Shown here one piece after another: positions 39,891-49,522 of a stretch of 64,000 bases of DNA. Position numbers and translations under genes: made by a program. This DNA is from Candidatus Thermosaccharophagus tengchongensis (GTDB lineage Bacteria; Armatimonadota; Fervidibacteria; Fervidibacterales; Thermosaccharophagaceae), in assembly GCA_032161105.1 (NCBI GenBank), contig JAVHTD010000005.1, one strand, 5' to 3'. The notes under the pieces are model-generated. The model was not told the origin of the DNA and did not search any database. It saw only the letters and a program-made list of their open reading frames with translations. The first letter of the stretch is position 1; each line of letters opens with the position of its first letter.

Positions 39891-41693
39891 TCAGCTTTGC
39901 CTTATGAGCTCCCAAAGCATCTGGTTTGCCTGCCTTATGCGCTCGTAACGCTCCGCTGCCCTCTGAATAAGTTTCCCAATTTGTGAAAGGCGCTCTTTTT
40001 CCTCATCTGGCGTCTCGCTCTGCATGATTGCTTCTGCAACAAGCCGTTCAATGCTCTCTTCAAGGTGTGCGATACCGAGCATTAGCTCAAGTTCGCCAAC
40101 CGTCATCTCAAACAAGCCGATCTTCGTTATTAGCAACTCAAGTATGCGCTCTTCAACTGTGTGTTCTGTTGCCAAGTTTACAACGAACACGGGCTTATCC
40201 TGTCCCAACCTGTGAACACGCCCGATGCGCTGCTCAAGGCGCATAGGATTCCAAGGTAGGTCAAAATTGATCACCACTCTGCAGAACTGTAAGTTTCGCC
40301 CTTCGGCTCCTGACTCCGTGCTTATCATTATCCTCGCGCTTTCTCTGAACCTCTCAACAGCCCTGTCCTTTGCCCTTTCGCTCATGCTCCCATGATACAG
40401 GACGACTTCCTCACCGCGTTTTTCAAGGGCTTCCTTGAGCAACTCCATACTCGCGATGTAATCGGTGAATATGAGCACCTTCTCCTCAATTGCGTTCACA
40501 AGTTGTGCGGTGTGCTCAACCTTTGCGCATAGCGGTGTCGCCCTCGCAAGCTCATAAAATTCAGCCAGCCGTTCCCTTATCTCGTCCGGATATTCATCAC
40601 ACACCATCTTTAGCAAAGTCCTTTCCACCGCACGGGGCGTGCTGCAAAGTTCCTTTTGAAGCAATATGAGCGTAAGCTTCAAATGCCTTTCCTTCCCGGA
40701 CGACTTGCTGAGCCGCTTATAGCTCTGCCTCAAAAAAGTCGTCATCTCTTCATACAAGCGAAGTTCTGGCGGAGTGAGTGAGATGTAATGTGTTGTAGCG
40801 TATCTCGGTGGAAGCATTATTCCAACTTCGTCCCTATGATGCCGTATCATCACCGATGAGATCAACCGGCGCAGCTCCCCAACATTCTTTGGCATCCTCG
40901 GATCATCAGCCATAACATACCGCCTTTTGAAGCTCTGCAGTGTTCCAAGCTGACCCGGCTTTATCAGGGTCACAAGGTTGTAAAGTTCAAGCAGGTTGTT
41001 CTGAATAGGAGTTGCGGTTAGAAGCAGAGTGTAGCGCTTTCGTATCTTGCGGCAGAAGCGATGGGCAAGCGTTGAGCTGTTCCTAAGTTTGTGGGCTTCA
41101 TCAATTATGAGCAAGTCAAATTCACGCCCATGTATGGCGCTGCTATGAGGCTCGCGCTTTGCCAGGTCAATTGATCCTATTACGCGCTCATGCGAGAACC
41201 AATCATCCTTTCGCCGGGCTATGGTGAATGTCTCCCCAAACTTCTCAAGCATCTCATGACGCCATTGGTAGGTTAATGAAGCCGGCACGAGTATGAGCAC
41301 ACTTTTAACAAGTCCCCTCACGATCAGCTCTTTCATCACCAACCCGGCTTCAATTGTTTTGCCCAGACCGACATCATCGGCGAGTAAAGCACACCCACCC
41401 ATTTCGTTCAACACTCTTAAGGCGGTTTCAACTTGGTGCGGGAAGTGAGAAATGCGCACTTGACCCCAGCATTGCAACTCCTCAAAGGATTGCATGGCAC
41501 GAAGCTGCTCAGCCATCAGCAACAGAAAGTGGGCTTCATTTGATGGGATAGAGCACTCCGAAGCAGTGAAGTCGGGTATGCGCCACTCAACGATTGGGGT
41601 AAAATCCAGGAACTTTTCCGCCACTTTTTCCGGGGACATCCACTCGCTATCATCATCCAGCTTTTCATGCTTGTAAAGTTCAGCCTTTGGCAT
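39891..41693 (-). CDS. SNF2-family helicase (Bacillus YqhH-like)
   Basis: Motifs PHQ, LADDVGLGKT, DEAH, LLTATPIQN, ESGAEGRNLQ and DLPWNPMRLEQRIGRVHRLGQ. Confidence 0.88.
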   Translation of the reverse strand: MPKAELYKHEKLDDDSEWMSPEKVAEKFLDFTPIVEWRIPDFTASECSIPSNEAHFLLLMAEQLRAMQSFEELQCWGQVRISHFPHQVETALRVLNEMGGCALLADDVGLGKTIEAGLVMKELIVRGLVKSVLILVPASLTYQWRHEMLEKFGETFTIARRKDDWFSHERVIGSIDLAKREPHSSAIHGREFDLLIIDEAHKLRNSSTLAHRFCRKIRKRYTLLLTATPIQNNLLELYNLVTLIKPGQLGTLQSFKRRYVMADDPRMPKNVGELRRLISSVMIRHHRDEVGIMLPPRYATTHYISLTPPELRLYEEMTTFLRQSYKRLSKSSGKERHLKLTLILLQKELCSTPRAVERTLLKMVCDEYPDEIRERLAEFYELARATPLCAKVEHTAQLVNAIEEKVLIFTDYIASMELLKEALEKRGEEVVLYHGSMSERAKDRAVERFRESARIMISTESGAEGRNLQFCRVVINFDLPWNPMRLEQRIGRVHRLGQDKPVFVVNLATEHTVEERILELLITKIGLFEMTVGELELMLGIAHLEESIERLVAEAIMQSETPDEEKERLSQIGKLIQRAAERYERIRQANQMLWELIRQS

Positions 41694-41977
41694 TGCGTGT
41701 TTCCCCTCGTGCTCTACATCAGCTTTCGTTGCAACCTTGTGCTGCTGGTTCGGGTGACGACCAACTTACAAAAGTTTAATGCATTTGCCTGCCAGTGTGA
41801 AGCAGATGTAAGGTTGGGGTTCAACCTATATATCGGGTGAGGCTGTGCGTTCATCTGCACAGTAATTGGTGTGCCCGTATAGGTGCCGCTGCGATTAACA
41901 TTTGATGACTGCGCGACATAATTTATGCGTGAGCATGGAGTGCTCATGCAGCAAGGTTAAGAGCTGTTGAGGCGCCC

Positions 41978-42124
41978 CTCCTCTCATCACGAGTGGTGGA
42001 GGGTCACGCGCCCGATGAAGCCCGGCAACCTACCGATGGTGAAGGTGGCGAGCCATCGGCAAGGTGCCAAATGCGTTGAGTCCTTGGCAGGCGTAAAAGC
42101 CCCAAGGGCGAGAGATGAGAGGAG
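41978..42124 (+). ncRNA. SAM-I (S-box) riboswitch aptamer
   Basis: P1 CTCCTCTCATC / GATGAGAGGAG. Conserved GAG..GGTGGAGGG, GCCCGATGAAGCCCGGCAACC and AAGGTGCCAA. The L2/J3-4 pseudoknot (ACGCG/TGCGT) is retained. Lies upstream of SAM synthetase. Confidence 0.93.
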
Positions 42125-42241
42125 TGGGATACCGTAGACGGCAGACATCATGCCGATGCTCAGGTCCCGCTCCTCTCCGCAAGGGGCGCTTCCAAGCCGT
42201 TTGGTGGCGTTCGCAATATCGCTGTGGTGAGGAGGCGGGAC

Positions 42242-42427
42242 ATGGGCAAGGGCTTAAAAGGCACAGGCGTTGAGCATCGCTGGCTGAAGAGGATTGCATG
42301 TGCTTCCCCACTAAGAGATCCTTCAACTCTTACGGAGTTGCTTAGCCACAAGCGTTGCGGATGCACCCCAAACGGCTGGCAGCCCCAAGATCAAGCACAT
42401 GGTGCAATACCCATGGGGAGGAGGTAA
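42242..42427 (+). CDS. Putative 61-aa leader ORF between the SAM-I aptamer and mat
   Basis: AGGAGG (42230-42235) lies 6 nt before ATG 42242. The TAA at 42425-42427 sits between the mat SD and the mat ATG. Confidence 0.5.
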   Translation: MGKGLKGTGVEHRWLKRIACASPLRDPSTLTELLSHKRCGCTPNGWQPQDQAHGAIPMGRR

Positions 42428-42432
42428 TTCAA

Positions 42433-43701
42433 ATGCACTTGAAGGTGAGCGCCGGTAAGAACATCACTGTTGATGACATGCCGATGGAGATAGTTGAGCG
42501 CAAGGGGAAGGGTCATCCTGACACGCTTTGTGATGGGGCTGCTGAGGAACTCAGCAGGATGCTATGCATGTTCTATCGTGAGCATGCTGGACGCATACTT
42601 CACCACAATGTGGACAAGTGTGTCCTTGCCGGTGGACGCTCATCACCGAGGCTTGGCGGGGGTGCAATTGAAGAGCCAATCTATGTTCTGCTTGTTGGCA
42701 GGGCAACTCTTGAGTGGCGTGGCTCACAGGATGAAATTCGGCGCGTGCCAATCGGGAGGATGGTGCTGCAGGGCATTCAGAGTTGGTTTAAGGAGCAGCT
42801 CCCACATTTGCCCATACCGGGCGCACTTATGGTTGACTACAGGATAAAGCGAGGAAGCGAGGACTTGATCGCCAATTACGACATGACCTCCAATGTTCCG
42901 AGGGCAAATGACACTTCGCTTGCGGTCGCATTTGCTCCCCTCTCAGCGACCGAGCAGCTCGTCAAAGAGACGGAGATGTTCCTCAACTCGCCCGAGTTGA
43001 AAGCCGAACTGCCAGCACTCGGTGAGGATATAAAGGTTATGGGGGTAAGGGTGGGCAGGCATATAAGGTTAACGGTGGCAGCTGCGTTCATTGACCGATA
43101 TGTGAGGTCAGTTAGCGAATACTACGAATTGAAGGAAGCGGTAAAGTGGAGACTCAAACAACACTTGTGGGAGAATTGCCTGACCAAGTTCCCGGTGGAG
43201 TATGATGTTGACATTGAGCTCAACACAGCTGATGAAGGCGATACCATTTACATCACCGTTACTGGGACGAGTGCCGAGTGCGGTGATGATGGACAGGTTG
43301 GGAGGGGTAACAGGATTAACGGATTGATAACACCATACCGCCCAATGAGCCTTGAAGCTGCAGCCGGCAAGAATCCTGTATCTCATGTCGGTAAGATCTA
43401 TCAGGTGATGGCTCAATTGATCGCAAACAAGCTTGTTGAAGCACGACCATCCCTCAGGCAAGTCTATTGCTATATGGTTAGCCAAATTGGGCATCCGATC
43501 ACAGATCCGCAAGCGGTCAACATTGAATACTACGGTGATGTGTCGGAAAGCGAGATGAGACAACTTGCAAGCAATGCTGTTGATCAAGTGTTATCGCAGT
43601 GGCGTGAAATACAAGATGGATTTGTTGAAGGGACATGGGGGGTTAACTACCCGGGCATGGTTGTTGCCCGCCAAGTTGAACCAGCCAAGAAGGGCACTTA
43701 A
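42433..43701 (+). CDS. mat: S-adenosylmethionine synthetase, archaeal type
   Basis: Motifs [48 protein letters not shown] and [23 protein letters not shown]. Confidence 0.9.
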   Translation: MHLKVSAGKNITVDDMPMEIVERKGKGHPDTLCDGAAEELSRMLCMFYREHAGRILHHNVDKCVLAGGRSSPRLGGGAIEEPIYVLLVGRATLEWRGSQDEIRRVPIGRMVLQGIQSWFKEQLPHLPIPGALMVDYRIKRGSEDLIANYDMTSNVPRANDTSLAVAFAPLSATEQLVKETEMFLNSPELKAELPALGEDIKVMGVRVGRHIRLTVAAAFIDRYVRSVSEYYELKEAVKWRLKQHLWENCLTKFPVEYDVDIELNTADEGDTIYITVTGTSAECGDDGQVGRGNRINGLITPYRPMSLEAAAGKNPVSHVGKIYQVMAQLIANKLVEARPSLRQVYCYMVSQIGHPITDPQAVNIEYYGDVSESEMRQLASNAVDQVLSQWREIQDGFVEGTWGVNYPGMVVARQVEPAKKGT

Positions 43702-43884
43702 AGAGTGCGAGCGAAGTTGTTGGTAGCCCCAACAATTCCGCGAAATTTAGCTACCTCAACCGCAACATGGGAGATTTAATCACCGATGGTTGAATCCAAT
43801 GTAAGCGCAGCTCTAAGGGACCGCGCGGCATCTAAATTGGCGGAAAGTGACATTCAATCCAATACCGCGTTGAGCATGGCATAA

Positions 43885-44673
43885 TTGCCTGCTTGGAGGT
43901 GCAACGAGGTGAGATCAGGAAACTGCTGCAGGACTGTGATAGCTGTAGTGTTGCTCGGTGCAGTGTCAGTTTTGCTCGTTGAACTTGTTTGTGCGCAGGG
44001 TGGCAACTTCACAGCTGCTCAAGTTGTATCCGCACTTGAGCGGCACCTTCGCAAGCGCATTACAAATCCAGTCGACCCCAAGAATCTGCGCATAAAGGTG
44101 GTTCCATCCCCAAACCCGGAGGAGACTGCCAAGGGAAAATTCCAACTCGTTGAGATCAGCGGCAGCCCTGTCAGGATCAAGTCGGTTAACTTGCTCAAGT
44201 TTGAAGCGCTCGTCATTGAGCCAACAGTTGACGCCAAAGCACTCGTTGAGGATGATAGGTTGATTGTGCTTTCGGTTAAGGAATCGCATTGTGATGCTGT
44301 CTTCACGCCGCAAAGCTTTGAGCAGCTCTTTGCCGAGGGCAAGCACACGAAGAACATGAACATCAAGGTCAAGTTCCGTGATGACCAGCAAGTTGAGCTG
44401 ACAGGGCGATGGACTCTCTTCGGCATCAACAATCCGTTTAGGGCTGTCGGGAGGGTGTTCCCGGCTCAGGATGGCTCTGTGCATGTGCGCTTTAGCGAAC
44501 TTTACTTCAATGCAGTGCCAGTGCCAGAATGGATTCAACGGCGCCTTGAAGCCAGGCTCAATCCATTGCTCAAGCCGGAGGACATGATATTTGACCCCAT
44601 AATCAAGAGTGCTGTGATTGAAGGTGATAGGATGATTGTTAGCACGAAGCCATACAAGCCACAGAGCAAATGA
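43885..44673 (+). CDS. Secreted LmeA/DUF2993-like protein (start uncertain)
   Basis: Signal-peptide-like segment and a beta-rich body ending LNPLL...IEGDRMIV. Confidence 0.5.
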   Translation: MPAWRCNEVRSGNCCRTVIAVVLLGAVSVLLVELVCAQGGNFTAAQVVSALERHLRKRITNPVDPKNLRIKVVPSPNPEETAKGKFQLVEISGSPVRIKSVNLLKFEALVIEPTVDAKALVEDDRLIVLSVKESHCDAVFTPQSFEQLFAEGKHTKNMNIKVKFRDDQQVELTGRWTLFGINNPFRAVGRVFPAQDGSVHVRFSELYFNAVPVPEWIQRRLEARLNPLLKPEDMIFDPIIKSAVIEGDRMIVSTKPYKPQSK

Positions 44674-44689
44674 ATCTGGAGGTGAGAGA

Positions 44690-45268
44690 ATGGGTCAGCA
44701 GGGTGAAAGCCTCAATGAGCAAGCCAGTCCAAGCGAAGGGGTTGAATTGGACAGCGGTGAAATGCAAGGGGGGATAACACCTCAAATTGTTAGTCAACCG
44801 TTGCGTATGAGGGCGTTTGCCATTATTGGTTGGCTCATTGCACTGTTGTCGCTGATGTTGAACGGATTGCTGGGTGCTCGCTTGCACGCCTTATCAAATG
44901 AGGTAAAGCGGTTGTCGGCGCAGGTCTCTCATCACAAGTCGGAGTTAGCACATGCCGCTCGGCAGCTGTTATCGCCGGCAAGAAGGGACCTAACCTACGC
45001 AAGCTTCAGTTTTGACCCCGAGCTTTACACGCCGCATCAAGTCATTGAATACATTGAATCAGCGCGCCCATGGATTAACCTTGCCCGTGAGGTCGTCCCT
45101 GAGCCTAAACATGCTGAACAGCTCTCAAAGGTTGTGGCGCTCCTTGATGAGGTTAAAGACCTGTTATCGCAGCCGGGGCAGCAGGAAAGCGCACAGCAAA
45201 GGCTCAATCAGGCAAGGGACATGCTCAGGACTGTCATGGGACAGCTGCAACAAATGGGAATGCAATAG
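44690..45268 (+). CDS. Hypothetical single-TM helical/coiled-coil protein
   Basis: SD GGAGGTGA before ATG 44690, with one TM helix. Confidence 0.6.
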   Translation: MGQQGESLNEQASPSEGVELDSGEMQGGITPQIVSQPLRMRAFAIIGWLIALLSLMLNGLLGARLHALSNEVKRLSAQVSHHKSELAHAARQLLSPARRDLTYASFSFDPELYTPHQVIEYIESARPWINLAREVVPEPKHAEQLSKVVALLDEVKDLLSQPGQQESAQQRLNQARDMLRTVMGQLQQMGMQ

Positions 45269-45393
45269 TTTGCCGCTGCGATGATAAGCTGTAGGTGATG
45301 GGTGAGCAATTGCTAAAACCACGCTGAGCGAAAAGACGGTGATGTTCCAATGTGACCGAAAGTGGTGATGTTGTGGTTGTGAGGTGGTTAACG

Positions 45394-45888
45394 ATGGATG
45401 CAATTGAAGCCATGAAGACGCGCCGTAGCGTGAGGTCTTTCAAGCCAGACCCTGTCCCAAAAGAAGTGATTGAGGACATCGTTGATTGCGCAAGGCTTGC
45501 TCCAACGGCATTGAACTACCAGCCATGGGAGTTTATCGTCGTCACCGACCCCCAGATGAGGAAGCGCATTGCCGATGAGACGGATTATGGCAAGTTCATA
45601 GCGCAAGCACCAATTTGCATAGCTGTGTTTTGCAGGAATGTGAAGTATTACCTTGAAGATGGCAGTGCAGCAACACAGAACCTATTGCTTGCAGCTCATG
45701 CGCATGGTTTAGGTGCATGCTGGGTAGCCGGCGACAAAAAGCCTTACGCAAGCCGCATTGCTGAGTTGCTCGGTGTCCCAAGCGGCTACAAGCTTGTGAG
45801 TCTGGTTGCCATGGGCTACCCAGCCGAGAAGCCGGGAAGGATATCCAAGCGATCTCTCAGGGAGGTTCTCCATTGGGAAAAGTTCTAA
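45394..45888 (+). CDS. Nitroreductase family protein
   Basis: Motifs RRSVRSF, APTALNYQPWEF and NLLLAAHAHGLGACW. Confidence 0.9.
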   Translation: MDAIEAMKTRRSVRSFKPDPVPKEVIEDIVDCARLAPTALNYQPWEFIVVTDPQMRKRIADETDYGKFIAQAPICIAVFCRNVKYYLEDGSAATQNLLLAAHAHGLGACWVAGDKKPYASRIAELLGVPSGYKLVSLVAMGYPAEKPGRISKRSLREVLHWEKF

Positions 45889-45920
45889 TGGGCAAACCGT
45901 CTTGGGCAGGTGTAGGTTAG

Positions 45921-46715
45921 ATGCCGCTTTACTTCGCCAATGAAGCAATTTCCCTTTACCATGATGACTTCTTGAACTTCACAGAGCTGCCTGAAGAGAG
46001 CGTTGACTTGATTGTGACCTCTCCGCCTTACGATGTGGACATACAGTATGATGGTTATACTGACAACCTGCCATACCCGAAGTATTTGGAGTTCATCACA
46101 AGGGCATTGCAGAGGTGCTACTTGCTGGCAAAGCCCGATGGGCGATTGTGCTTGAACATCCCACTGGACAAAAACAAAGGCGGACAACAAAGCGTGTATG
46201 CTGACATAGTGAACATAGCGAAGGAGGTTGGGTGGAAGTATCACACGACCATCATTTGGAATGAGCAAAACATATCTCGGAGAACAGCATGGGGCTCATG
46301 GTTAAGCGCCTCAGCACCATTTGTGATTGCACCAGTTGAAACAATCCTCGTGATGTATAAAAAGCAGTGGCAGAAACAGAGCAAAGGTTTCTCCGATATA
46401 ACTCGCGATGAATTTCTGGAGTGGACAAACGGTGTTTGGACCTTCAGTGGTGAGAGCCGAAAAAGGGTTGGTCACCCGGCACCATTTCCTGTGGAGCTGC
46501 CGCGCCGGTGCATCAAGTTGTTCAGCTATGTCGGTGATGTGGTGTTAGACCCATTCGTTGGCAGTGGGACTACTCTCTTAGCATGCTGGGAGTTAAAGCG
46601 CATCGGAGTAGGTGTGGAAATTAGCGAGGCTTATTGCAAGTTAGCGGTTAAACGGTTGCTGAGATTTCTCAAGCAACCTCGTTTGGAGCTTCAGGAGGAC
46701 AAGGCTTCGGATTGA
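45921..46715 (+). CDS. Amino-DNA methyltransferase, beta class (probably N4-cytosine)
   Basis: Catalytic TSPPY precedes the SAM-binding VLDPFVGSGTT, with HPAPFP in between. Confidence 0.9.
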   Translation: MPLYFANEAISLYHDDFLNFTELPEESVDLIVTSPPYDVDIQYDGYTDNLPYPKYLEFITRALQRCYLLAKPDGRLCLNIPLDKNKGGQQSVYADIVNIAKEVGWKYHTTIIWNEQNISRRTAWGSWLSASAPFVIAPVETILVMYKKQWQKQSKGFSDITRDEFLEWTNGVWTFSGESRKRVGHPAPFPVELPRRCIKLFSYVGDVVLDPFVGSGTTLLACWELKRIGVGVEISEAYCKLAVKRLLRFLKQPRLELQEDKASD

Positions 46716-47278
46716 AGAGCCCACTTTTGAATGTCCTCAGGAAGGTCAGTCAATGGTTTCACAATGTCCCCGAACTTCGTCTCAACAGTTGGCGGGCAAA
46801 AAGCCGGGTGGTTTTTCACATACACTCCGCACAAGAAGCGACGCGCCAATCGCCGATTCTTGTTTGGGCGGTTTGGAGATCCCCACTCTGAGCGACCGCT
46901 ATGCCCTTTATCGGGTGTCACCAAAACGAAGCGAATGCCAGCTCGGTGATAAACGATGCTCCAAAAGAGCGTCTCTGTTAGCCGATTATGTAAACTTAGT
47001 TTGCAACTCACGATGGCTATTGGTTGATTGCCCTTTGCGATGACAATATCCACATCGCCAAAGAGCGGCTTTGTGTCGCCTATCTCTTCAAGATCCACTG
47101 CTCCCCACAAAGAGCCGACTTTGCAAAGCAGCCTCTCCCTTAACACCTGAGGGAGATTCCTCTCACGGTATACTGAGAAGCCTCTCTTAACCAACTCACG
47201 CCTCAAATATTCCGCCACATACTCTTCCCATCGTTCCCCTTCCTCATGGACCGTTCGTTGGCGTGTTGATTCACTCAT
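46691..47278 (-). CDS. Putative type II restriction endonuclease (PD-(D/E)XK-like); may start at 47356
   Basis: Motifs EGERWE and GDVDIVI...IVSCKLSLHNRLTE. Convergent with, and overlapping by 25 nt, the methyltransferase. Confidence 0.6.
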   Translation of the reverse strand: MSESTRQRTVHEEGERWEEYVAEYLRRELVKRGFSVYRERNLPQVLRERLLCKVGSLWGAVDLEEIGDTKPLFGDVDIVIAKGNQPIAIVSCKLSLHNRLTETLFWSIVYHRAGIRFVLVTPDKGHSGRSEWGSPNRPNKNRRLARRFLCGVYVKNHPAFCPPTVETKFGDIVKPLTDLPEDIQKWALQSEALSS

Positions 47279-47355
47279 CACCGTCGCCACCAATTGGTGA
47301 GTGGTTGACTTATAGCTCAAACTTTTCAGCGCTCCACAATGCTTGCCGTTAGTCA

Positions 47356-49338
47356 TTAAACGGCGATGGCTGCAAGTTGTGCGAACACTTGTTCATCGCT
47401 AAAGCCGCGCAGGTCAATGCTTTTATTTCGGCATGCGGCAACGCATGCACCGCAGCCCTCGCACAATCCGGGATTAACCGATGAGACCACTTTGATCAAG
47501 TTGCCTCGCCTATCCCTTATTTCCTTCCGCTCAATCGCGTTGTATGGGCAGACCCTCTCACAATCAAAGCAGCCTGTGCATGTCATTTCGTTAACCACTG
47601 CGATTGTCGGCTCACGCTCAATTCTCGGCGTGCCAAACAGACTGAGCACCTTCGCGGCTGCAGCGCTTGCCTGCGCCACCGAATCTGGGATGTCCTTAGG
47701 GGCTTGGCATGCGCCTGCAAGGAAGACTCCCGCAGTGGTCGTTTCAACTGGGCGCAGCTTGGGATGAGCTTCGCTGAAGAAACCATGCTCATCATATGAG
47801 ATGCGCAATTTGCGTGCAAGCTCTTCAAAACCATCTGAAGGGCGCATAGCCGTCGCAAGCACAACCAAGTCAGCCTCAACCTCAATCAGTTTTCCGCTGA
47901 GCGTATCCATGCCCTTGACCACGAGTTTGCCATTGCTCTCGTAAATCCTTGAGACCCTGCCTCGTATGTAGCATGCGCCTTCTTCCTCAATCGCCCTGCG
48001 CACAAATTCGTCATAGCCCTTCCCGCCGGCTCTTATGTCCATGTAAAACACATAACACTCGCCATCATGCACCCTGTGCTTGAACAGGAGGGCGTGCTTC
48101 GCAATATACATGCAGCAGATCTTTGAGCAGTATGGTATTCCCTTTGCCCTATCCCTTGAGCCAACGCATGCTATGAAGACAACGACCTTTGCTTCCTTTC
48201 CATCCGAGGGGCGCAATATTCTTCCGCCGGTTGGACCTGAGGCACTTAACAGGCGCTCAAATTGGAGACCGTCAATCACATCCTTGAACCTGCCACCACC
48301 ATACTCGCCGTAAAGCGATGGCGAGATAAGCTCATACCCCGTAGCCACAACGATTGCTCCGACTTTCTCGGTGATTAGCTCATCCTGCTGCTCATAGTCA
48401 ATCGCCTTTACCGGGCAAACCCTCTCGCATACTCGGCACTTCCCCTCAGTGAAGTAGCGGCAATGCTCTCGGTCAATGACTGGCACATTGGGAACTGCCT
48501 GTGGGAATGGCGTGTAAATTGCCGGGCGCGTTCCAAGCCCCCTATCAAACTCGCTCGGTATCCCGTCACGCCTTGCCGGACAACGCTGTGTGCACAACCC
48601 GCAACCAGTGCACAGATCCTCGCGCACTGAACGAGCTTTCTTTCTGATCGTCACTTCAAAGTTGCCCACATAACCTTGCACCACTTCAACAACCGAATAT
48701 GTGTAGAGCTTGATTTTCGGGTGCTGGCGGACTTGAACCATCTTTGGTGTGAGTATGCACTGAGAGCAGTCAAGCGTTGGGAATGTTTCTGAAAGCTGTG
48801 CCATGTGTCCGCCGATTGACGGCTCACGCTCAACGAGCACAACTTCATAGCCGGCGTCGGCGATATCCAAGGCTGCTTGAATGCCGGCTATGCCGCCTCC
48901 GATGACAAGGGCGCGCTTTGTCACATCAATGTGAATTGGGTGAAGCTCGTGATTTCGCTTCACCTTCTCAACCATGATTCGCACAAGCTCAATTGCTTTC
49001 CTCGTCGCCGCCTCCCTATCCTGATGCACCCATGAGCAATGCTCCCTTATGTTCGCCATCTCGCAAAGGTATGGATTTAATCCAGCTGCAGCGCATGCGG
49101 CACGGAATGTAGGCTCATGCATTGATGGGCTGCATGCAGCCACAACAACGCCTGTCAAATGGTGCTCCCTTATGGCGTCTTGGATGACCTTCTGACCCGG
49201 GTCCGAGCACATGTAGCGGTAATCGGTTGAGTAAACGACGCCCGGATGCTTCGCCAGCTCATCCCTTACCCTCTCAACATCAACTGTTGCAGCTATGTTG
49301 ACGCCGCAGTGGCAAATGAAAACGCCAATTCGTGGCAT
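47356..49338 (-). CDS. hdrA: Heterodisulfide reductase subunit A (FAD, Fe-S)
   Basis: Motifs RIGVFICHCG, AACSP, NIREHCSW, GGGIAG, TFPTLDC and CSKICCM, plus several CxxCxxCxxxCP ferredoxin motifs. Confidence 0.93.
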   Translation of the reverse strand: MPRIGVFICHCGVNIAATVDVERVRDELAKHPGVVYSTDYRYMCSDPGQKVIQDAIREHHLTGVVVAACSPSMHEPTFRAACAAAGLNPYLCEMANIREHCSWVHQDREAATRKAIELVRIMVEKVKRNHELHPIHIDVTKRALVIGGGIAGIQAALDIADAGYEVVLVEREPSIGGHMAQLSETFPTLDCSQCILTPKMVQVRQHPKIKLYTYSVVEVVQGYVGNFEVTIRKKARSVREDLCTGCGLCTQRCPARRDGIPSEFDRGLGTRPAIYTPFPQAVPNVPVIDREHCRYFTEGKCRVCERVCPVKAIDYEQQDELITEKVGAIVVATGYELISPSLYGEYGGGRFKDVIDGLQFERLLSASGPTGGRILRPSDGKEAKVVVFIACVGSRDRAKGIPYCSKICCMYIAKHALLFKHRVHDGECYVFYMDIRAGGKGYDEFVRRAIEEEGACYIRGRVSRIYESNGKLVVKGMDTLSGKLIEVEADLVVLATAMRPSDGFEELARKLRISYDEHGFFSEAHPKLRPVETTTAGVFLAGACQAPKDIPDSVAQASAAAAKVLSLFGTPRIEREPTIAVVNEMTCTGCFDCERVCPYNAIERKEIRDRRGNLIKVVSSVNPGLCEGCGACVAACRNKSIDLRGFSDEQVFAQLAAIAV

Positions 49339-49522
49339 TCTCCACGCACCTCGCATGCATCGTTTGTTTTGAGTGCCTCACCAATGTCGTCTTAATAACC
49401 AAACTCGGTCTTAAGACCAAAAGCCAAAGGAAGGACATCACCGATAAGTTGAGCAGGCGCCAGTTAAGTGCGAACTTCGCCCAGCGCTTGGATTTTGAAG
49501 CGCTCCATGGCTGCTTTTGCGG

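Noticed and set aside
42355..42432. N-terminal extension of Mat given by the ORF track (TTG 42355)
   Set aside because: A strong SD (GGAGGAGGT) precedes ATG 42433 and the extension has no Mat-like sequence.
26325..47356. A single BREX/DISARM-like defence island made of the ATPase, SNF2 helicase and methyltransferase
   Set aside because: The genes are 4-10 kb apart and separated by housekeeping genes. No PglZ or DrmA/B-like partners are seen, so they are treated as separate observations.
47356..49338. Selenocysteine in HdrA
   Set aside because: The ORF is uninterrupted and has Cys in TLDCSQC; there is no in-frame TGA.
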